Source of the DNA: a virus
Taxonomy: Duplodnaviria; Caudoviricetes
Strand: one strand, 5' to 3'
DNA: 37,038 nucleotides
Virus record (IMG/VR): IMGVR_UViG_3300027683_000009
Coordinates: 1 to 37,038 of that record
This document shows, piece after piece, positions 27,892 through 34,474 of this stretch (position 1 is the stretch's first letter; every line of letters begins with the position of its first letter). The notes below the pieces were generated by a model. It had not been told where the DNA came from and did not search any database. It worked only from the letters and a program-made list of their open reading frames with translations. Both the position numbers and the translations under genes were made by a program.

Positions 27892-27920
27892 ATTATAACA
27901 CACGGAATAAAAATTGTAAA
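27892..27920 (-). promoter_or_regulatory. Sigma70/sigmaA-type promoter with extended -10 for prkA
   Basis: TTTACA-17 bp-TATAAT with TGTG.TATAAT. Confidence 0.85.
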
Positions 27921-27927
27921 TATTTTT

Positions 27928-28383
27928 TTATTCTTTTGGTTCTTTTAACAATTTTAAAACATCTTCTCTGGAGGCAATTATTAGATTTTGATTTTTTGGT
28001 GCCTCTTTCTTTTTTCTTTTCATTTCAATTTCTTTATCTTTTAATAATAACATACGGTTTCTTATTTGTAAATATACTTGGTAATTTTCATCTGTTATTA
28101 ATTCTTTACTTGCTTGTGTTACTGAGTTTATTAAACCTGTTGCTACTTCAACAAGTCTCGCTGTTATATTTCCATTATTTAATTCTTCTTCAACAGTATC
28201 TAATATTTTATTTGCTCTTTCTATATTATCTCTTATTATATTTCTTGGGTTATTTTCTTTTTCCCATTCTTCTTCAAATTTATCTGGTCCACTTTCAGAT
28301 ACTTCTGGTTCCAACTCAATAGTTTCATCATGTTGGTTGTCTTGCATATTAAATTCTTCTTCTAAATTTTGTCTATCTAACAT
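27928..28383 (-). CDS. Terminase small subunit, T4 gp16-like
   Basis: R..I...IE......AR..EVA..LI.SV......L...NQNLIIASREDVLKLLK matches the gp16 pattern (PRAYEV..QL..; N.LFVGST.EL.K.L). Confidence 0.8.
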   Translation of the reverse strand: MLDRQNLEEEFNMQDNQHDETIELEPEVSESGPDKFEEEWEKENNPRNIIRDNIERANKILDTVEEELNNGNITARLVEVATGLINSVTQASKELITDENYQVYLQIRNRMLLLKDKEIEMKRKKKEAPKNQNLIIASREDVLKLLKEPKE

Positions 28384-28877
28384 TGTATTTTTTCCTTAAC
28401 AATACTATTCAATTTTTCTATGGTTTCATCACTTGATTTGTGTAATATGCCAATACCTCCGTTATCTTCCCATTCATTTATGTTTTGTTCAAAATCATCA
28501 ATTAAAATAGAATTAGAATTTGAATATAACTTTTTTTCTTTTCTATGGCATATAATTGCATCTTTATAAAATTCATAACCAAGATTATTTTTTATCCAGT
28601 CCAACTTACCGTTTCTTACATCTTCATGTACTGTAAAATTACCACGAGCAGCAGCTGATAGTAAAGTTGGTTTATATGTATTTATACCTTTCCATAGATT
28701 TTTACCATCTATTGTCCAAGGATTACTTGCCCAGAATTTTCTACCTGCTTTAACCAGTAGAAAAAACCTTTTCTCCATATCATCTATGTCCCAAAAATTT
28801 TCACAAAAATTTGTTACATTTGTTTTCCAATCTACCAATACATCATCCATGTCACAATAGATTTTAAATTTTTTCAT
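28377..28877 (-). CDS. 5'(3')-deoxyribonucleotidase, NT5C/HAD family
   Basis: IYCDMDDVLVD (DxD motif), FW, K..W, ILIDD...N...W...GG.GILH. Confidence 0.88.
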   Translation of the reverse strand: MKKFKIYCDMDDVLVDWKTNVTNFCENFWDIDDMEKRFFLLVKAGRKFWASNPWTIDGKNLWKGINTYKPTLLSAAARGNFTVHEDVRNGKLDWIKNNLGYEFYKDAIICHRKEKKLYSNSNSILIDDFEQNINEWEDNGGIGILHKSSDETIEKLNSIVKEKIQC

Positions 28878-28907
28878 TTATATATCCCTTCTTATTTTTA
28901 TAAAATC

Positions 28908-28936
28908 ATTATAACATAAATTATGAAAAATGTAAA
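28908..28936 (-). promoter_or_regulatory. Sigma70/sigmaA-type promoter with extended -10 for the nucleotidase and gp16
   Basis: TTTACA-17 bp-TG.TATAAT, directly after the capsid terminator. Confidence 0.85.
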
Positions 28937-28941
28937 TAAAC

Positions 28942-28967
28942 AAAAAACCCATTTCCGAGGAAATGGG
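28942..28967 (-). terminator. Intrinsic terminator after the major capsid gene
   Basis: CCCATTTC-CTCG-GAAATGGG-TTTTTT. Confidence 0.9.
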
Positions 28968-28999
28968 CTCTTTGTTATTCATTTATTCTTTGATAAAAA

Positions 29000-30202
29000 T
29001 TAGGCAGGTAGATTTGTCAAAGAAACTTTTTGATAGTAATTCTTTGATCCATATAGATGATCGTGAATACCATATCTTGACATCAAGCCAACTGTTGGAT
29101 GGAATGAATCTTCAAATACTGCACGGGATGCCAGCAATTGAACATAAGGCAGGTAAATAACACCTGTATCATATTCTGAAGGTCCTTTATAACCAATAAG
29201 GAATTGATTTGATGATTGGAAGGTGTCACGATAAACACTCAATCTTCCATCAATAGAACCGATTCTTGCGATACCAACTTGTGATGTATTAACATTACCA
29301 GCGACTGGTGCGATAGTAAAACCGGCCATTGCTTCAAAAATTGCTACGGCATATGGGTTACCAACGATCCAGTTACCAGAACCTCTACGAGTATTAATTG
29401 CAATATCTTGTGAACGTCTTAGGATATAGTGATAAAGTTCTCTATATCTTTCAAGTTCCCATCTACCACCTGGAACGCCTGTACCTGAAGCTGCTTGGTA
29501 GTTCCAAGTTCTGTCAAAAAGTGCACCACCGGCAACACAAACTGAGTCAATCTTTTGAATCAATTCACGGTCAATTTCTGCTGTGATTTCATAAGCCAGA
29601 ATGTCCATCATTTCTTCTTCAAGATTCAATCCGTGCATAGCCTTCAAATCTTGTGCAACTTCAAGAGACCATCTACTTCTCAACTTTCTTGTTTTTGCTT
29701 CGATTTGTGCTTTTTCAACTGTCATGTTTACTTCTTTAATTTCTGCGTTTGTACCGATACCAAGACCACGGTTATTTGTGCCTGCATCGGAACCCAAAGT
29801 TTCACCAGCGGATGTAATAACTGATCCAGAATAAGTTGAATCAATTGTATTATATCCAAGTTCAACATTTGCTGTTGAGTCGTAATCTTGACCGGCTCTA
29901 AAGCGAATTGCGAATGCCAAACCAACTGGACCTGTCATTGGTTGAACACCAACGAGGTCGTGTGCTACTAATTCAGGGAAGGTTCTACGAACCATAGGTA
30001 CTGCGATTTTGTGGAACATACCTGATCCAGCGTAACCAGCTTGTGTACCAAGAGAGTCATTACCGAATGCTGTTGCTTCCATCAGAAAGTTATGCTCATT
30101 TTCAAGCATGATTGCTGTTGCTCTACGAACATTATAGTTCTTAATTTCATTACCTTCATTAAGAACTTCTTTCCACTTAACTAACAAGTCTTTAATTTCC
30201 AT
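29000..30202 (-). CDS. Major capsid protein, T4 gp23-like
   Basis: KW..VL, TA.MLEN, VRR.FP.L.A.D.VGVQPMTGP.GL.FA.R, EAKTRKL...WSLEVAQDLKA.HG...E.E....L..EI.AEIDRE, GYKG.SEYD.G..Y.PY. Confidence 0.98.
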   Translation of the reverse strand: MEIKDLLVKWKEVLNEGNEIKNYNVRRATAIMLENEHNFLMEATAFGNDSLGTQAGYAGSGMFHKIAVPMVRRTFPELVAHDLVGVQPMTGPVGLAFAIRFRAGQDYDSTANVELGYNTIDSTYSGSVITSAGETLGSDAGTNNRGLGIGTNAEIKEVNMTVEKAQIEAKTRKLRSRWSLEVAQDLKAMHGLNLEEEMMDILAYEITAEIDRELIQKIDSVCVAGGALFDRTWNYQAASGTGVPGGRWELERYRELYHYILRRSQDIAINTRRGSGNWIVGNPYAVAIFEAMAGFTIAPVAGNVNTSQVGIARIGSIDGRLSVYRDTFQSSNQFLIGYKGPSEYDTGVIYLPYVQLLASRAVFEDSFHPTVGLMSRYGIHDHLYGSKNYYQKVSLTNLPA

Positions 30203-30252
30203 TTATATATATTCTCCTATTAATATTTTCACCTTTTTATTATAAACAAGTT

Positions 30253-31254
30253 TTAGATTTTATTTGTTCTTAAAATATTTAAGTATTGTTTTTTGAATGA
30301 TGCGAAAGGACTGGTATCTTCTTTAATCATTTTTTTCTTTTTACGTTTTTTGATTTCGGAATGACCTTCAGACATTTTTTCTTTTTTGTCTTCTTTCTTT
30401 TTGTCTTCTTCGTCTTCGTCGTCTTCTTCGTCTACTTCTTTCTTATCTTTCTTTTCATCTTCTTCATCATCTTCTTCGTCTACTTCTTCTTTGTCCTCAT
30501 CATCTTCTTTTTCATCTTCTTCATCTACTTCTTTCTTTTCGTCGTCCTCGTCCTCATCATCCTCGTCCTCGTCCTCGTCATCTTCTTCATCTACTTCTTT
30601 TCCGTCTTCGGCTTTTTTGTCTTTTTTGTCTTTTTTGGTGTCTTTTTCATCGTCTTTTTCCTCATATTGTTCAACTATAATTGAAAATTTACGATCAATT
30701 TCTGCTTTGTCTTGAACACCTTCGAGAACTGCCATAACATGACCCTTTTGTTTCTCGGTCAAGCCTTCACATTTCTCATACAAATAAAGTTGTGCTGCCA
30801 TTTTTTGTGCATCAGAAACAACTTCCAAATTCTTTTCTGTTATTGAGTTCATTTCTTTGCGAAGTTTAAGAATTTCTTCCTTTGCTTCTTTCAAAAGACT
30901 TTTAACTTCTTCATCCAAAAGTCCTTGATCTACACCAAGACGAACTTTAAATTGTTCAATAAGGTCATCATAAAGTTCACCCTTTTTTGCGAACTCCAAA
31001 ATTTTTTCAGGAATTGCAAGTTCTTCTTCAAGAATGTTATCAACAAAATTTGAGAATTTGGTTGTTACATCTTTCTTATATTCTTCAAATTTTTGTTCAT
31101 ACTTCTCAACTAAAGCTTCCTTTTCTTCATCAAGTTTGCTTTCAGAAATTTCTTTAGCCTTGATGTCGATTACATCTTGTAGCTTTGTTTTGATTTCTGC
31201 TTGAGTAGATTCATTAAGCTTATCTGCACCAAGCAATTGTAAAAGTTTATCCAT
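30253..31254 (-). CDS. Prohead core scaffold protein, T4 gp22-like, with acidic insertion
   Basis: Coiled-coil; LTEKQK..V..VLEG; located between protease and capsid genes. Confidence 0.85.
   Translation of the reverse strand: MDKLLQLLGADKLNESTQAEIKTKLQDVIDIKAKEISESKLDEEKEALVEKYEQKFEEYKKDVTTKFSNFVDNILEEELAIPEKILEFAKKGELYDDLIEQFKVRLGVDQGLLDEEVKSLLKEAKEEILKLRKEMNSITEKNLEVVSDAQKMAAQLYLYEKCEGLTEKQKGHVMAVLEGVQDKAEIDRKFSIIVEQYEEKDDEKDTKKDKKDKKAEDGKEVDEEDDEDEDEDDEDEDDEKKEVDEEDEKEDDEDKEEVDEEDDEEDEKKDKKEVDEEDDEDEEDKKKEDKKEKMSEGHSEIKKRKKKKMIKEDTSPFASFKKQYLNILRTNKI
30385..30665 (-). repeat. Low-complexity D/E/K tract with four (K/E)EVDEED motifs
   Basis: Seen directly in the translation; the DNA motif tctacttct recurs at about 30431, 30479, 30525 and 30590. 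Confidence 0.85.
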
Positions 31255-31289
31255 ATAATATCTTCCTCCTAAATGTATTACTATAATTA

Positions 31290-31297
31290 TATTTATT
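31290..31297 (-). promoter_or_regulatory. Putative late promoter (AATAAATA) upstream of gp22-gp23
   Basis: Same variant as upstream of gp13 and gp18. Confidence 0.5.
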
Positions 31298-31334
31298 TAT
31301 TAAAATAATAGAAACCAAATATCTTGATTTCCAT

Positions 31335-31544
31335 TTATTTCCAATGAATTACGGTGTACCCTTTTTTATTCATATCGTCAATATCTTCTTCTGTTACAAT
31401 AGAGCCGATAGGATAATCCCAACTTTGAGTCCACAATACTTCGTTTCCTTTCAGATATACTTGTGTTTGTTTAGTCCACCAAGTATTGAAAGCCATCTCA
31501 CTTGATTCGGATATAAATCTATCTATTTTACTTAGTAATTTCAT
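31335..31544 (-). CDS. Small hypothetical protein (possible head-internal protein)
   Basis: 69 aa, coupled to the gp21 stop; N-terminus MKLLSKIDRFISE. Confidence 0.7.
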   Translation of the reverse strand: MKLLSKIDRFISESSEMAFNTWWTKQTQVYLKGNEVLWTQSWDYPIGSIVTEEDIDDMNKKGYTVIHWK

Positions 31545-32320
31545 TATAAACCTCTGTTCAAGTAAAATTCAATTATACCTTCTTTATTTGATTCAACAAT
31601 TCTTTTAATTTGTTCTTTTGTTTTACCTTTGAAAATGAATGCTTGTAGATATTCAACTACATTATCCATAACATTCTCATTTTTGGTATCACCCTTCCAT
31701 TCTTTTTCAACTTCATCAAAAAATTTCTTTTTTTCTTCAGGTGATAACTCACTTGGAGATGATACATTATATTTCTTTAATTTTTCTTGGAAGAATTTTT
31801 GATATGCTGATTCCTCATTTTTCATATTAAACTCCTTACCTTCATATATTCCATTAATCCAAGAAGGATTATTTGATGGGTCTGTTACAAGGTCCCATGT
31901 TATCAAATTAAAGTCTTCATTAACATATCCATTTTCTGATACTGTTCCGAGACCTCGTGATGATATACCTAAACTACCTTCTTTTACTAATGTTTTTGCT
32001 ATTTGTCCCATAGGTGTGTCAAGTACTTTTGCTTTACCATAAACATGGTCACCTTTCCACTCAACCATCTTGGTTAATATAGCGATTTTGTCCATATTAA
32101 TTTCTGGATTTGGTGGATGTCCAAGTTCACCCCATAGAGAACCTTTATCTACTTTTTCATTAATCTTTTTAATTTCTCTTTCAAGTATATCTCTTTTGTA
32201 TTTTCTCTTATTGTTATTTTCAATTTCAGCAGATGAAAAGATACCAACAATATGCATGTTTTTATCTGATTTGCTTTCTACTAATTGAAGTTCATAAGAT
32301 GTTTCAGTAATAAGTTTCAT
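31544..32320 (-). CDS. Prohead core protease, T4 gp21-like, with C-terminal extension
   Basis: MKLITE, N.N.R.Y, GELGHP, GKAKVL.TPMG.I, LGISSRG.G, DF.L...D.V.DPS. Confidence 0.97.
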   Translation of the reverse strand: MKLITETSYELQLVESKSDKNMHIVGIFSSAEIENNNKRKYKRDILEREIKKINEKVDKGSLWGELGHPPNPEINMDKIAILTKMVEWKGDHVYGKAKVLDTPMGQIAKTLVKEGSLGISSRGLGTVSENGYVNEDFNLITWDLVTDPSNNPSWINGIYEGKEFNMKNEESAYQKFFQEKLKKYNVSSPSELSPEEKKKFFDEVEKEWKGDTKNENVMDNVVEYLQAFIFKGKTKEQIKRIVESNKEGIIEFYLNRGL

Positions 32321-32323
32321 GTA

Positions 32324-32491
32324 TTACTCTCCCGATTTAGGTTCAATATCAATATCATTTTTTAAACCCAATTTATTTTTCAGCCATTCATTTTTATGTG
32401 TATGAATTTCTTTTTGTAGAATTTCCTTTGCATTTACAAATTCATCATTTTCAAAGTGATCTAAAGCTTTTTTAATTGACTCAATATTCAT
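32324..32491 (-). CDS. Small prohead core protein, gp67-like (55 aa)
   Basis: Not in the ORF track; translated by hand MNIESIKKALDHFENDEFVNAKEILQKEIHTHKNEWLKNKLGLKNDIDIEPKSGE; AAGGAG RBS; sits between portal and protease like T4 gp67. Confidence 0.7.
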   Translation of the reverse strand: MNIESIKKALDHFENDEFVNAKEILQKEIHTHKNEWLKNKLGLKNDIDIEPKSGE

Positions 32492-32557
32492 AACTAACTC
32501 CTTATATTATTTATTTATTACTCTTTTATTTAATACATCTTTCGGATATTATTGGTA

Positions 32558-34135
32558 TTAATATGTTTCCTCTGGTTCTTTAGGAACAAGACCCAATTGT
32601 TTATCCTTTATTTTACCTTCAAGATTTAAATCTATTTCTTCATCAGACCATTTAAGATACCTTTTCATCAAATAATATTTACTCATTTCTTCTCTATCTG
32701 CAATACTTGAATAGTTATTAAAACGAGTTTCTAAAAAGTTTTGTTCCATTTGTTCTTTGTAATTAGATGGAGCGGTCATATGAATTTTTATTTTTTTATG
32801 ATCTAAGTCATATTGTTTTTTTAGACCTTTGAAATCCAAATGTAGTAAGAATACTTTTTCAAATTCTTTACAAAATTTATCTTGTTGTTTTTCTAAGTAT
32901 TTACTCCATTTTATTTCATCACGGGATATTTCACCTGTATTACTTCCACCAAAAAGAACGTCACCTTCTCTTTTTTCTTGTGATGCTGTTACTCTTGATG
33001 CTGGGTATTTTAATGCTCTATACATTTTTCTTGCAAAGTAATAAATGTCATCCAACTCAGCAAAACCGGCTGCATTACCACCAACAGATTCAATTTGTGA
33101 TCCACGACCATCTGCTGATTGTGGTAGATAATAATTTTCAAGCATACTAAATATTTCAGGTTCGTTTGTAAGTTGTCCTGTAGTTGGATTGTATGTTTGT
33201 TTTTTAGAAAGTTTTTGTTTTACCTTTTCAACATATTTTAATGCTTTATCTTTTGGCATGTTTCCTGTATCAATTCTAAATACCAATCTTTCAGGTGCTC
33301 TAATAAGTCTGTATATAATAACAGATGTTTCCAAAAGTTTTAATTGATTATATGGAACTCTTGCCTTTTCAAGATAACCTAAAATATCATGTCTTGATAT
33401 GCCATATATACCACTGTTAATAAAACCTATTTGTTCAGGATTAAATAATATTAATTCTCTTCCATCTTTTGCCTTTGCTTCTTCTATGTTGTTTAATGTT
33501 GTTGGTGTTTCGGTTAAATACTGAACATAATTATATATGTGTCCCGATTTTGGTTCATAAAAATAATCCATTGTTTCAGAAGGAAGTTTCTTTAAACCTA
33601 TTATACCATTTTTAGGTGTTCTTGTGTCAATTATTCTTTCATAATAAAATCTACCATCAATCATATAGGTTCTAAAAGCATCCCACAAAAAGTCTGAAAA
33701 ATCATCAATTGTATTTTCAAATAGATATTTAAATTCTTTGTTTATATTATTAACTATATTTTCGTTCTTACTTAAAACCGCATCTCTTATTTCCAATGTT
33801 AATAAATCACCATTTATATCTTCTTGTGTTGCTTCATTTGTGGCATCTTCTATAACATCAGCAACTTCTGTCATTAATGCCATTTCTCTATAACCAAAAA
33901 TTTTCTGTCTTTCATTTGCCCATGATGGATTAACATATTTGTTATAGAATAAATTAAATGAACCTATAGCTAAATGACCTATACCAGGAAATTCATGTAG
34001 ATTTTCCCAACCTTCACCAGTAGCAGATTTTAAATCTACTTCGGTGGGTATTTCGGCCTTGCTTTGGAAAGCCTTTAATTCTTCTTGTACAATACCTCTT
34101 ACTTCGTCATTGTTTTTATTAAAAAACCAGCCCAT
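32558..34135 (-). CDS. Portal protein, T4 gp20-like
   Basis: YREMA...EV...IE...NEA, DGR.YY, YLEKA....NQLKLLE....IYRL.RAPER.VF.ID.GNMPK.KA, MLE.YYLP...GRGS.I, DI.YF..K.Y.AL..P.SR, EISRDE.K. Confidence 0.98.
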   Translation of the reverse strand: MGWFFNKNNDEVRGIVQEELKAFQSKAEIPTEVDLKSATGEGWENLHEFPGIGHLAIGSFNLFYNKYVNPSWANERQKIFGYREMALMTEVADVIEDATNEATQEDINGDLLTLEIRDAVLSKNENIVNNINKEFKYLFENTIDDFSDFLWDAFRTYMIDGRFYYERIIDTRTPKNGIIGLKKLPSETMDYFYEPKSGHIYNYVQYLTETPTTLNNIEEAKAKDGRELILFNPEQIGFINSGIYGISRHDILGYLEKARVPYNQLKLLETSVIIYRLIRAPERLVFRIDTGNMPKDKALKYVEKVKQKLSKKQTYNPTTGQLTNEPEIFSMLENYYLPQSADGRGSQIESVGGNAAGFAELDDIYYFARKMYRALKYPASRVTASQEKREGDVLFGGSNTGEISRDEIKWSKYLEKQQDKFCKEFEKVFLLHLDFKGLKKQYDLDHKKIKIHMTAPSNYKEQMEQNFLETRFNNYSSIADREEMSKYYLMKRYLKWSDEEIDLNLEGKIKDKQLGLVPKEPEETY

Positions 34136-34162
34136 ATTATTTTCCTTTTTAAGTTATAAACA

Positions 34163-34170
34163 TATTTATA
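34163..34170 (-). promoter_or_regulatory. T4-type late promoter TATAAATA upstream of the portal gene
   Basis: Exact consensus in the intergenic gap, 28 nt before the ATG. Confidence 0.7.
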
Positions 34171-34186
34171 TTTATTCTACGGATTT

Positions 34187-34474
34187 TTATTTTTTATACT
34201 TATCAACATAATCTGGTGGTAATTCACCTTTATCTTTTAAATCGTTAATGGCAAGTTCTCTTATTTTATCTTGTATTTTGTTTTCTATTATTTGGTCAGC
34301 TTCTCTTGCAAGTCTTTCATCTATTTCTTGTTGTGTTTCAAATGGATCAGGTGTATTACCTTCTGCTAACCATTTTAGATATTCTTTATAACTTCTATTA
34401 CCTTCACTTAGCGGAATATATTTACCTGTTTCTGTATCTAATATATTAAATTCTTTTATTTTATATTTTGCCAT
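34187..34474 (-). CDS. Tail fibre assembly chaperone-like protein
   Basis: IP...GNR.Y.EYL.WLAEGNTPDP motif, characteristic of small genes directly after fibre genes. Confidence 0.7.
   Translation of the reverse strand: MAKYKIKEFNILDTETGKYIPLSEGNRSYKEYLKWLAEGNTPDPFETQQEIDERLAREADQIIENKIQDKIRELAINDLKDKGELPPDYVDKYKK

Noticed and set aside
30361-30715. Poly-Phe and poly-Ser plus-strand ORFs
   Set aside because: Antisense of the D/E/K tract in gp22.
1008-33041. Other short plus-strand and alternative-frame ORFs in the track
   Set aside because: All lie within well-supported minus-strand genes and lack independent coding signals.
20919-34135. Introns, inteins or homing endonucleases in terminase, capsid or portal
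   Set aside because: All are continuous and of ordinary length, with no splicing or endonuclease motifs seen.
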